A model generated the notes under the pieces. That model was not told the DNA's origin. It made no database searches and worked only from the letters and a program-made list of their open reading frames with translations. 37,699 bases of DNA from Deltaproteobacteria bacterium (GTDB lineage Bacteria > Myxococcota_A > Polyangia > JACRCY01): NCBI GenBank assembly GCA_016218785.1, contig JACRCY010000058.1:1-37699 (forward strand). The letters run 5' to 3'. Below, piece after piece: positions 9,459 through 17,838 of the stretch. Both the position numbers and the translations under genes were made by a program. The first letter of the stretch is position 1, and each line of letters starts with the position of its first letter.

Positions 9459-10216
9459 CGCCGTCGAAGGTGGGTGAGTCGGAAGGCCGCGGCGACCCGC
9501 ACCGCGCCCCAGAACCCTGCGACCAGGTCGCCCGCTCCTACCTTGGAGTCGCCCCCGAGCCGAGGCCCGTAGCGCGTCGGCACCTCGACGATCGCCAGGC
9601 CGCCGTCCACCCAATGGAGGAGCATCTCCAGCATGTAGAGGGGGCCCGTGTGCAGCGGAGCGAAGGAGAGGGCGAGCTCCGCCGCTCGCCGGTTGTAGAA
9701 GCGGTACGTGTTGCTGTGGTCACGAAGGCTCGTGCCCGCGATGGCGCGCACGAGCGCGTTGTACACGAAGCTTGCGAAGCGCCTCACGAGGGGCCGTCCC
9801 GGCGCCACGGCACCCGCGACGTACTTGGACGCCACGACGACGTCGCACCGCTGCGACGCCACCAGGTCCACGCCGTGGCTCAGCTCGCCCGGCGGCTGCG
9901 ACCCGTCGCCGTCCAGGTCGACGAACACCGTGGCGTCCGTGTTGGCGACCAGCCATTCGAGCCCGGCGCGTGAGGCGTCACCCCGATGGCAGCCGGGACC
10001 CGGCTTCGGTCTCTCGAGGAGCACGATCGACGCGCCGGCCTGCGCGAGCCGCCGCACGTAGTCCTGGGTGCCATCGGAGCTGCCGCCGTCCACGACGCAG
10101 ATGGTATGGCGCCGGCCGCGCAGCTCTCCGAGGAGGGTGGGGATCACCTGCTCGAGTGCCTGGCGTTCATTGTAGAGCGGCAGGTTGACCGCCACCGCTG
10201 CCTTGCGCGAGTCCAC
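9446..10216 (-). CDS. GT2-family polyprenyl-phosphate sugar synthase (DPM1/Ppm1/ArnC-like)
   Basis: 256-aa ORF with GTG start. Motifs: VNLPLYNERQALEQ, ICVVDGGSSDGT, VFVDLDGDGSQPP (DxD region), VVVASKY, RRFASFVYNALVR, YRFYNR, MLEMLLH, VEVPTRYGPRLGGDSKV. These fit the dolichyl/polyprenyl-phosphate mannose synthase layout. Confidence 0.85.
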   Translation of the reverse strand: MDSRKAAVAVNLPLYNERQALEQVIPTLLGELRGRRHTICVVDGGSSDGTQDYVRRLAQAGASIVLLERPKPGPGCHRGDASRAGLEWLVANTDATVFVDLDGDGSQPPGELSHGVDLVASQRCDVVVASKYVAGAVAPGRPLVRRFASFVYNALVRAIAGTSLRDHSNTYRFYNRRAAELALSFAPLHTGPLYMLEMLLHWVDGGLAIVEVPTRYGPRLGGDSKVGAGDLVAGFWGAVRVAAAFRLTHLRRRCPG

Positions 10217-10228
10217 GGCTCGGGCTGC

Positions 10229-11494
10229 CTACTTGGCCGCCGCTCCGCCGAGCGGCGGCCCCACGCCGATGCGGATGAGCTCCACGCCCGGACGCGGCAA
10301 CACGTAGCGCCACGGATCGAGCACGACGGACCCCTCGACGAAGGGGAACGAGCGGAACTCCGCGTGGCGCGTCCCGACGAAGTAGCAGAGAGGCCTGCCG
10401 CCGGGCGGCGGCCGGTCGTCACCGACGTGCGGGTCCCACATCGAGACCTCGCGTCCACGCTGGCGCAACAGGTTGCGCAGGAGAAGCGCCGGGCTGCCGA
10501 GGGTGAGATTCGAGCCTTCCTTGAACGCGATGCCGAGAATCCAGATGTCGCGGCCCGCGGCATGTCTCTCGATGAGCGTCGCGAGCCACTCGGTCTGCCG
10601 CTCGCGCTGGCCCATCACGGCCGCGAACCAGTCGTAGGAGGCGCCCACCTCTCGTGACAGGTGGCGCATCGCGATGTTGTCACGCGGGTGGCACCCACCG
10701 CCGTCGCCCATGCCCCCCTGCATGTAGCGCGCGGAGATGACGCGCTGGTTTCCCATGCAGAGCCCCCCGATGACCTCGTCCACGTCGGCCCCCGGGATCC
10801 CGTGGCACAGCTCCATCGCGGTGTTGGCGAAAGCGATCTTGGTCGAGATGAAGGTGTTGTAGAGGACCTTGATGAGCTCGGCGTTCTCGATGCCGGTCAG
10901 GTAGATGGGCGCGGCGTGGATCGACGCGTAGAAGCCCTGCACCATGCCCGCTGCCGCCCGGTCCTCCGCGCCGAGCAGAACGAACTCCGGACTGAGGAAG
11001 TCGCGCATGGTGGTGCCCATCGCGATGAAGGACGGGTTGTAGCAGACGCGCGCGTGCTCCCCGACGAGCGGTAGCACCAGGCGCCGTATGGTCCCGGGCA
11101 ACACCGTTGAGACGATGGCCAGGACCCGCTGGCGGCCCAGCCGTTCGATCTCCGCGGCGAGGCGGCTGACCCCGCGGGTCACGAACGAGTAGTCGAAATC
11201 CGCGGGCTCGGCCGGCATCCTGGTCGTGCCCTCGTATTCGGGCGCATGGGGTGTCTGGACGGCGACGAAGAGCAGCTCGCTCTGTCGCACCAGCTCGGCC
11301 TCGGAGACGAGCTCGAGGCGCGTGTGCGCGAGGGCCAGCTCGACGCCTTCTTCCTGGTAGGGCACGCGGCGTGACCGCAGGATGTCGGCCACCTCGGGCG
11401 CCGGGTCGCAGCCGAGCACGCGGTGGCCCCGCGACTCGATCGCGAGCGCCGTGGCCAGGCCGAGCTTGCCGAGTCCGAGAAAACCGATGTCCAT
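10229..11494 (-). CDS. Nucleotide-sugar (UDP-glucose/GDP-mannose) dehydrogenase family protein
   Basis: ORF 10229..11572 trimmed to ATG 11494 (MDIGFLGLGKLGLATALAIESRGHRVLGCD, a Rossmann GxGxxG). Other motifs: NPSFIAMGT, ENAELIKVLYNTFISTKIAFAN, catalytic-Cys region GDGGGCHPRDN, ILGIAFKEGSN. Confidence 0.85.
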   Translation of the reverse strand: MDIGFLGLGKLGLATALAIESRGHRVLGCDPAPEVADILRSRRVPYQEEGVELALAHTRLELVSEAELVRQSELLFVAVQTPHAPEYEGTTRMPAEPADFDYSFVTRGVSRLAAEIERLGRQRVLAIVSTVLPGTIRRLVLPLVGEHARVCYNPSFIAMGTTMRDFLSPEFVLLGAEDRAAAGMVQGFYASIHAAPIYLTGIENAELIKVLYNTFISTKIAFANTAMELCHGIPGADVDEVIGGLCMGNQRVISARYMQGGMGDGGGCHPRDNIAMRHLSREVGASYDWFAAVMGQRERQTEWLATLIERHAAGRDIWILGIAFKEGSNLTLGSPALLLRNLLRQRGREVSMWDPHVGDDRPPPGGRPLCYFVGTRHAEFRSFPFVEGSVVLDPWRYVLPRPGVELIRIGVGPPLGGAAAK

Positions 11495-11679
11495 CTCGCC
11501 CCAGGTGGAGGGCGCCCGTTCACCACCGCGCCCCGCACGCGCCACGACTCTAGCACGAACGCGCGAGGGCAAATAGGCACACTGTCATCGGCGGGTGTAC
11601 GGCTCAGGGCACACGGACTGGCTGGATCCACGCGCGGCGCCCGGCGGCGTTGGTGACCACGGCGCGCTCCAATCCGGGG

Positions 11680-12152
11680 TCACCGCCAGGTGCAGCAGCA
11701 GCGGAACGCGAGCGCCGTGGACGAGGCCGACGACGAGTACGCGTCGCAGCTACCGTTGCCGTCGGCGCGGTAGGAGCCCGCCCCGGAGGGGGACGAAGTC
11801 CATTCCCAGTTGTCCGTCATGTTGAAGAGCAGCATCGGCATCCCGTAGCAGGCGTCGTACCACTCCCCGTCGGCACAAAGACGCTTGCCGGCGGCGTCGT
11901 GCTCCACGCTTCGATCATCGACGGCCAGGCACCCACGGGCGGCATGTCGGAGCCGAAGGGCGCGGTCCACGCCGAGGGGATCGGCAGCCGGTCCACCGTC
12001 CTCTCGGGCTTCACCGTGCTCGGGTACGACGTCTCCTCGGCCACGGCCGACAACCAGGACGGCACGAACGGCGTCGACGGGTCGAACGGCGGCGGCGGCG
12101 GCTCGAGGGGCCCGGCGGAAATGCAGTTCAAAGCGCCCACGCACCTGGGCAC
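11680..12152 (-). pseudogene. FGE-sulfatase / C-type-lectin-fold-like domain protein, apparently frameshifted near 11900-11915
   Basis: The C-terminal part (frame of ORF 11680..12183) reads GKRLCADGEWYDACYGMPMLLFNMTDNWEWTSSPSGAGSYRADGNGSC..STALAFRCC. This resembles the GNVWEWT...GFRC end of FGE/SUMF1-type domains; third-position G/C is 18/20 at 11821-11880. Upstream, the coding signal switches to the frame of ORF 11817..12152 (20/20 at 12001-12060; ..DRLPIPSAWTAPFGSDMPPVGAWPS). No single intact frame spans both parts. Confidence 0.3.
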
Positions 12153-12167
12153 GAGTGACGCCGCCCG

Positions 12168-15100
12168 TCAGCGCTCGATGCAACGCAGGAGCAGCTCGAT
12201 GGCGCGCCGCCTGGGTTCCGTGTCGGGCGGCGTCGCCGGCCGGTAGGACACGGCGAACCTGGTCCCGGCAAGGAAGCAGCGCTGCGCTCGCGCCCGTGGC
12301 TCGATGAAGAGGGCCATGGAATCACTCGACGCCTGCAAGTGCACGGAGACCGCGTACTCCTCGAACGCGAGGTTGGAGATCGCGAAACCGGCGAGGCGAC
12401 GACTCGCCGGCGCATGCGTCGAGTACGGGCGCAGGCGCTGCGCGATGTGCCTCTGCCACGGCTCCGGCGCGGGGCTGGCGGCCAGCCAGGGCGAGCGCTC
12501 GATGGGAGGTGGGGCCATGATCTGCTCGTCGGTGAGGACGAGAGGGGTGGGCCCGGCCAGCGCCAGGTAGTCGGGGTGGAGGCCGCGGCACTCGTGTGTC
12601 AGGTCGCAGCCGCCGCAGAGTTCCGGTGGCTGCGCGCCCCTCGACGCGGGGCCCCGTGCGTGGTCACCAGCGGCGACGAACTCGAGTCCCGGGATCATCC
12701 GCAGCGCACACAGCGGAACGTCGGCCGCACGGAGCCTGAAGTCCGGCACCCGGCGTCTGATCTCGCGCATGGCCCAGGCGACCTCGCCCAGTCGCGGCCA
12801 GAGCAGGTCGACGCGCTTGCGGTCCATTCCGGCGACGAAGTGCATCAGGCAGCCGTGCGTGACCGCGGGGTGCGGGCCATCCGCCCCGAGCCCGGCGATC
12901 CGTCCGCAGTCCGCCACGATGCTCGCCATGGCCGGCCGCAGGAACATGGTCGCGAGCCGCACCCGCAGCCCAAGCCGGCGGCAGTTCTCGAGCGCGGCGA
13001 GCTTGGCCTCGGTCGCGCCGGCCAGGCCGAAGAGGAGGTCCGACAGCTCGCGATCGAAGCTGATGAAGGTCAAGAAGACGTCGGTGAGACCACGCCGCGC
13101 GAGGTCCGCCGCGAAGCCGGCCTCCGCCAGGCGCATGCCCGTCGTCGACAGGTGGATGCGCGAGAAGCCACGTTGGCGGGCGAGATCGATGAGTTCGGGC
13201 AGCGCGGGATGCGTGGCCGGCTCCAGGTGGGAGCCGAAGCCGATGCTCGAGGCGCCTCGCTCGTGGAGTAGCTCGATCTGGCGCCGCACGTCGTCGTGTC
13301 GGTCGTGCTCCCCGGCGGCCTGCTCGGTGTGGTCGCTGCACCAGGCGCACTGGAGGTCGCAGGGGCCGCGCACGGCCAGGAATCCCGCCGTCGTCACCGG
13401 GTCCGCCTGGTACGGCCGCGGCAAGGACGCGACCCACCGCCGCTCCTCGCCCTCGGCCGTGGGCCGGCGGGCGCAGAACCGCAGGTCCGCCAGCCGCCGC
13501 CAGAGCTCGGGCTGGACGGCCGCCTCGTGCCACCACAAGAAGACCCGGCCGCCCACCGCCGCGTGCAGTCTGCCCCGGCGAAGCACCAGCAGGTTCTGCT
13601 CCTCGACGACCATCTCGTCGCCCTCGGCGACGAGGCGGAGGAGATACCCTCCCCCGCTGACCCTCCCCGGTCGATAGCGGAAACGCGCGCGCGGATCGTC
13701 GTCCGTCACCAGCTCGAGCGCTCCCTCTCGCTCGCCGACCAGCATCGCCCAGGGGTTGCGCAGGCTGCGCAGCGACTCCTCGACCGCCGCCGCGCCCCAG
13801 CGCTCACGGGCGGCAGCGACCAGCGCCTCGGCCCCCGCGAGCGTCTCGCCACAGGTGAGCGAACAGGGGAGGTGCGAGATCCAGGCGCCGCTGGCCGGGT
13901 TGGGCAGCCACGGGACCGCGCCGGGCTGGGCCAGACGCAACCGGATCGAGTGCCAAGTGTAGCTCCTTCGCTCGCGATTCGGAGTGCTCGCGAACTTCCG
14001 GGTACAGCACCGTGGATAGCCGAGCAGCCTCCCGAGCTCCTCGGCGGTCGCGAGCGAGGCGGTCTCGTCGGCGCACTCCTCCTCCGCCGTGGTCAGGCGC
14101 ACGGCTACCTCCACCTGTCGTCTGTCGCGGCCGATGAATAGTTCACGGGCCGTCGTGCCTGGCAGGCGGCGGTACTCGACGACTGGCGCGAATCGCTGCA
14201 GCCACGCCGCGTCAGGCGTCTCGCCGGGCTCGAGCCGGATCACGGGCTTGGCCCCGATCTCGAACGCCAGGTAGTGCGAGCACGATGGTCCGAGGGCATC
14301 GCCGGCCGGCGCGGCGGGCCCTGAGCGCTCCGCTACGGCCGCCGGGGGGACCTCCACCCGTGAGTCGTCCGTCGCGAGCCAGGTACGGGCCCTACCGAGG
14401 AGTTCCCGGGGCTCGACGCGATCAGGGGCCTCGATCACCGCGTCGACCAGGGCTCCCGCGAGCGCCAGGCGATCTCGAGCGGCCGGTACCTCCCGCCGGA
14501 GCGCCTCGACGTCGGCGGCCAGCGCGTCCCCCTGACCGCCGACGCCTTCGTCGATGCGTAGGAACAAGCTGGCCACGGCGTCGAGCGCGGCGCAGGCGCT
14601 CCGCCAGGGCGTCTCGTCGGCATAGAACTCGCGCCCCGCGGTGTCGAGCAGTCGGTCGGGGTAGGCGGGGACGAGGAGCCCGTCGCGCTTGGCCAGCGCG
14701 AAGAGCGGCAAGCCGGGGTACAGTCGCAGCCGCGACGTGAGCAGCTTGCCGCAGACGCCCTCGAGCCCCCCCGACCCGCTCATCGCCAGGTTGAGCGCCA
14801 GGTGCTCCGGCTTGGTCCACGGCGTGAGCAGGATCAGGCTCAAGCCGCCGTGCGCGTGGAAGCCGAACTCGCGCGGGTAGAGCGCCTCGAGCTCGAAGAG
14901 GGTCTGAGCCGCCAGCAGGTTCTCGCCCCACCCGATGCCCTTGTTGAACAGGTCGAGCTCTTCTCCGACGAAGCTCTCGATCCCGACCAGACACACGTGC
15001 AGCTTGTGCGAGCTGCCGGCCAGCGAGCGCAGCGCCCGCTCCAGCGCCGGGCGGCACGCGAGCAGGCGGTCGGCACGCGCGTCGAGCAGGAAGTCGGCAC

Positions 15101-15932
15101 CCGGCATGCTCAGCGACCGGGCGAGCTGCGCCAGTTGCTCGACCTCATCGAGTAGTCGCTCGCCGACCATGCGGATCGCGAGCCGGGGGTAGGGCGGGTG
15201 AGTCTCGACCAGGGCCTCGAGCTGGAGCCGCATGGACGCGACCGTGTCGGGGCGCCACGTCGGGTCGGGGCTCTTCCTGGTGCAGAAGGAGCAGCCGCCG
15301 CTGCGCAGGCAGCCCGAGTGATCGAGACCGGCGAGCCGAGGATTGTCGGCGAAGGCTCGCGCGTACGTGCACTCCTGCCCGCACACCACGAACGGCAGGG
15401 GCTGCGTCCTCGCCGTTGCGACATTGCCGGCCCTCCACCCGTAGTCGGGTCGCACGGCAATGAGGCGCCCGGGGTCCGCCGCGTGCGGCTCGAGACCGAG
15501 GAACCGGCACAGCGCCGGGGCCGTCGCGTCCACCGCCTCGAAGCACTCGTCGCCCGCCCCGAGTTGCCAGTGGCCGGCCTCCAGCATCCCGTAGCGCGGC
15601 CGCTCCCCCAGGACGGCGAGCAGGCGCGCCAGCTCGCCGCCCGGCGGGTGGCTGAACAGCACGTGCGTGGGGCGCGTGGACGTCAGGATCTCCACGAGGC
15701 GACGGCGATCCTCGACGCTGAAGTCCACCCCCGGCCCGGCAGCGTCGAGCCGGCAGCTCGCGGGGACCCCGAAGCGCACCCAGTCGGTGCCGACCATCCG
15801 GCCGCGCACGAAGCCTTGGACGTACGGCAGGAGCCATGCCCGGTGGAAACGATTGGTGACGATGACCTCGACGAGCAGGAGCGACACGGCCGTCACAGGT
15901 CGCAGTCTACATCGTCCATGCGGCGGTCGCAT
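12168..15932 (-). CDS. Giant multidomain fusion: N-terminal rSAM-like domain (CX5CX2C), central Cys-motif domain (GYPRCC..HLPCSLTC), C-terminal canonical rSAM with CxxCx5CxG motif, terminal shared module
   Basis: ORF 12168..16205. Start placed at ATG 15932 (GTG 15896 is an alternative). N-domain: HSGCLRSGGCSFCTRK (15282..15311) and VGIESFVGEELDLFNKG. Centre: LLGYPRCCTRKF..ISHLPCSLTCGET (13836..14033). C-domain: LAVRGPCDLQCAWC (13338..13361), then LCGGCDLTHECRGLHPDY. The last 77 aa form the shared module. Confidence 0.8.
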   Translation of the reverse strand: MRPPHGRCRLRPVTAVSLLLVEVIVTNRFHRAWLLPYVQGFVRGRMVGTDWVRFGVPASCRLDAAGPGVDFSVEDRRRLVEILTSTRPTHVLFSHPPGGELARLLAVLGERPRYGMLEAGHWQLGAGDECFEAVDATAPALCRFLGLEPHAADPGRLIAVRPDYGWRAGNVATARTQPLPFVVCGQECTYARAFADNPRLAGLDHSGCLRSGGCSFCTRKSPDPTWRPDTVASMRLQLEALVETHPPYPRLAIRMVGERLLDEVEQLAQLARSLSMPGADFLLDARADRLLACRPALERALRSLAGSSHKLHVCLVGIESFVGEELDLFNKGIGWGENLLAAQTLFELEALYPREFGFHAHGGLSLILLTPWTKPEHLALNLAMSGSGGLEGVCGKLLTSRLRLYPGLPLFALAKRDGLLVPAYPDRLLDTAGREFYADETPWRSACAALDAVASLFLRIDEGVGGQGDALAADVEALRREVPAARDRLALAGALVDAVIEAPDRVEPRELLGRARTWLATDDSRVEVPPAAVAERSGPAAPAGDALGPSCSHYLAFEIGAKPVIRLEPGETPDAAWLQRFAPVVEYRRLPGTTARELFIGRDRRQVEVAVRLTTAEEECADETASLATAEELGRLLGYPRCCTRKFASTPNRERRSYTWHSIRLRLAQPGAVPWLPNPASGAWISHLPCSLTCGETLAGAEALVAAARERWGAAAVEESLRSLRNPWAMLVGEREGALELVTDDDPRARFRYRPGRVSGGGYLLRLVAEGDEMVVEEQNLLVLRRGRLHAAVGGRVFLWWHEAAVQPELWRRLADLRFCARRPTAEGEERRWVASLPRPYQADPVTTAGFLAVRGPCDLQCAWCSDHTEQAAGEHDRHDDVRRQIELLHERGASSIGFGSHLEPATHPALPELIDLARQRGFSRIHLSTTGMRLAEAGFAADLARRGLTDVFLTFISFDRELSDLLFGLAGATEAKLAALENCRRLGLRVRLATMFLRPAMASIVADCGRIAGLGADGPHPAVTHGCLMHFVAGMDRKRVDLLWPRLGEVAWAMREIRRRVPDFRLRAADVPLCALRMIPGLEFVAAGDHARGPASRGAQPPELCGGCDLTHECRGLHPDYLALAGPTPLVLTDEQIMAPPPIERSPWLAASPAPEPWQRHIAQRLRPYSTHAPASRRLAGFAISNLAFEEYAVSVHLQASSDSMALFIEPRARAQRCFLAGTRFAVSYRPATPPDTEPRRRAIELLLRCIER

Positions 15933-16012
15933 GGGTCTCGTGGCCGTCGTCCTCGACCCGGAAGTGGCCGAGAAGATCGTGCGCCACCTGTTATGCCGAG
16001 TCGTCGGTTGTC

Positions 16013-16026
16013 CGGAGTCGACTCCG
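16013..16026. promoter_or_regulatory. Perfect 14-bp palindrome (candidate operator) in the divergent intergenic region
   Basis: CGGAGTCGACTCCG is its own reverse complement. It lies ~85 bp upstream of ATG 15932, next to three CACCGG motifs at 16047-16089. Confidence 0.3.
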
Positions 16027-16392
16027 TCGGGAGACGTGTGTGTCGCCACCGGTGACGCCGGGTACCAGTTCCACCGGAAACACCGGTGTCCAGGGACCCA
16101 CCCGGTAGCGGCGAGCCCGTGTGCCCCGGGAGCGGCCGCGAGCGTGTAACGCGTGATGGCGGTGCCGCCCGCGGCGCGCGGGGCCGCCGGCGGGGGGAGG
16201 GCCACCGCCGCGCCCAGGGAGTGGTGTGCATGGCTGGGGCTGATCGGGGCGGCGCCAGCGTAGGCCGCCAGCTCGCGGCGGCGACGGGCGAACCGTCAAT
16301 GATCTCGGGAACTACGAGTTCTGGCGAGGCACAGGCACCGGGCGTCCGTCCATAAGCGCAACTGGTCAACCCGCGCCGCGGATGCTACCTAT

Positions 16393-17838
16393 GTGCCGTG
16401 GTGCGATAGGCCAGTGAAGAGCCCGGCGTCGGCATTGATGCTGCATCCCCCGCGCCTCCTCCGGCAGCAGGCCGAGATCATGGCCATGCCGATGGGGTTG
16501 CTCTCCATCGCCGACCTCCTGGCGGCCAGCGGCGTGCCCACGGAGGTCGTTCACCTCGGCCTGGAGCGCGACACGAGCCCCGGCTTCGACCCGGCGGCCG
16601 ACGTCCTCGCGACCGGGGCCGGCATCGTCTTCATCACGCTCCACTGGCACGCGCAGGTGAGGCCGGCGCTGCTCCTGGCCGAGACCCTCCGGCGCCGGGC
16701 CCCCGGCGTGGTGATCGCGGTGGGCGGCTACACGGCCTCGTACTTCGCCCGCGAGCTGCTCGAGCACTTCGCGGCCGTCGACTACGTGATCCGCGGTGAC
16801 GGCGAGCTGCCCGCGGTGCGGCTCTGCGCCGCCGTCGCCGGTGGCCCCGACGACCTGGGCACGGTGCCCAACCTCGCCTGGCGCGAGCGGGGCGAGGTCC
16901 GGCTCAACCCGCTCAGCTGGCAGGTCGACGAGCACAACGCCGCGGGCCTGCGCCACGCGGCCTTCGAGCATCTGCGCCACAGCGCCGCCTACCTCGAGCG
17001 CCATCTCTACTCGGACTTCTCCGAGGGCCGCGCCTCGCCGACGCCCTCCCACACCTTCTTCTACAATCCCGGGCGGGGCTGCCCCGTGCGCTGCACCTGC
17101 TGCGGCGGCGGGGCCGGGGCGCAGCAGACCATCAGCGGACGATGCGGGTTCTTCTTCTACCCGGACGACAAGGTGCGGCGCGATCTGGCGGAGGCCTGGG
17201 CCGCCGGCGCCCGCACCTGGCGGGTCTCGTTCGACCCGACGGCCAGCCGGACCGCGTACACCGCCATCTTGAGCGCCGAGCAGGCGGCCGGCCGGTGCTG
17301 GCACTTGGTGTTCGACTGCTGGTCGCTCCCCACGGCAGAGCTCCTCCAGGGCCTGACTCGTACCTGCGAGCCGGGTTCCATGCTGGTGATCTCGCCCGAG
17401 TGCGGCGACGAGGACCTGCGTCGCCGGCACCGCGGCTACCACTTCACCAACGCGGCGCTCCTCGAGGCCGTGCGCGGGGCCGGCGCCGCCGGATTCGAGA
17501 CCCACGCGTTCTTCACGGTCGGGCTGCCGGGCGAGACCACGGGCATGATCGAACGCACGACCAGTCTGGCCAAGGATCTGGTCGACGCCGGTGCCGGTGT
17601 CTCGGTGTGCCCCATGGTGCTCGACCCGGGGTCGCCGCTCTTCGAGTCTCCGCACGAGTTCGGGGTCACCCTGAGGGTGCGCAACCTGCGGGACTACTTC
17701 AACCTCAGTCCGAACGACCCGGGGCCGTTCTACCGCACCGAGCATCTCTCGGAGCTCGACATCCGCGCGGCGGCGAAGCGCCTCGCCTGGTTGTCGGCGC
17801 ACACGGCCGACGCGCGGCGCCATGGGGCGGACTCGTGA
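16393..17838 (+). CDS. B12-binding (class B) radical SAM enzyme
   Basis: 481-aa ORF with GTG 16393; GTG 16414 or ATG 16438 are alternative starts. Motifs: MLHPPRLL..MPMGLLSIADLLAASG, VIAVGGYTASYF, YVIRGDGELP, NPGRGCPVRCTCC (CX3CX2C), FTVGLPGETT. The stop overlaps the next start (GTGA). Confidence 0.85.
   Translation: MPWCDRPVKSPASALMLHPPRLLRQQAEIMAMPMGLLSIADLLAASGVPTEVVHLGLERDTSPGFDPAADVLATGAGIVFITLHWHAQVRPALLLAETLRRRAPGVVIAVGGYTASYFARELLEHFAAVDYVIRGDGELPAVRLCAAVAGGPDDLGTVPNLAWRERGEVRLNPLSWQVDEHNAAGLRHAAFEHLRHSAAYLERHLYSDFSEGRASPTPSHTFFYNPGRGCPVRCTCCGGGAGAQQTISGRCGFFFYPDDKVRRDLAEAWAAGARTWRVSFDPTASRTAYTAILSAEQAAGRCWHLVFDCWSLPTAELLQGLTRTCEPGSMLVISPECGDEDLRRRHRGYHFTNAALLEAVRGAGAAGFETHAFFTVGLPGETTGMIERTTSLAKDLVDAGAGVSVCPMVLDPGSPLFESPHEFGVTLRVRNLRDYFNLSPNDPGPFYRTEHLSELDIRAAAKRLAWLSAHTADARRHGADS

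Noticed and set aside
11652-11684. Inverted repeat GGTGACC-19 nt-GGTCACC overlapping the stop of the FGE-like gene as a terminator
   Set aside because: The stem is only 7 bp with a 19-nt loop and no U-tract, so it is not distinguishable from background.
11650-12246. 198-aa plus-strand ORF overlapping the FGE-like region and the end of the giant gene
   Set aside because: It shares third-codon positions with the minus-strand frame at 11900-12150, so the GC3 signal is ambiguous there. It loses the coding signal at 11821-11880 (11/20), overlaps the giant gene's 3' end, and has a Gly/Ser/Arg-rich translation without motifs.
15933-16205. In-frame 91-aa extension of the giant ORF (..GWVPGHRCFRWNWYPASPVATHTSPDG..) as real N-terminus or embedded precursor peptide
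   Set aside because: Third-position G/C is only ~75% here against >90% in confirmed coding parts. There is no stop to release a peptide, and the region holds palindromes and motif clusters more typical of a control region. It cannot be fully excluded without Ribo-seq.
15933-16392. Cobalamin riboswitch upstream of the B12-dependent rSAM operons (also checked 31281..31531, 19548..19747 and 37040..37252)
   Set aside because: I could not find the conserved B12-box/GCCACTG core or the GGTGAGAATCC-type elements by eye. This is a weak negative; an Infernal scan with RF00174 would be decisive.
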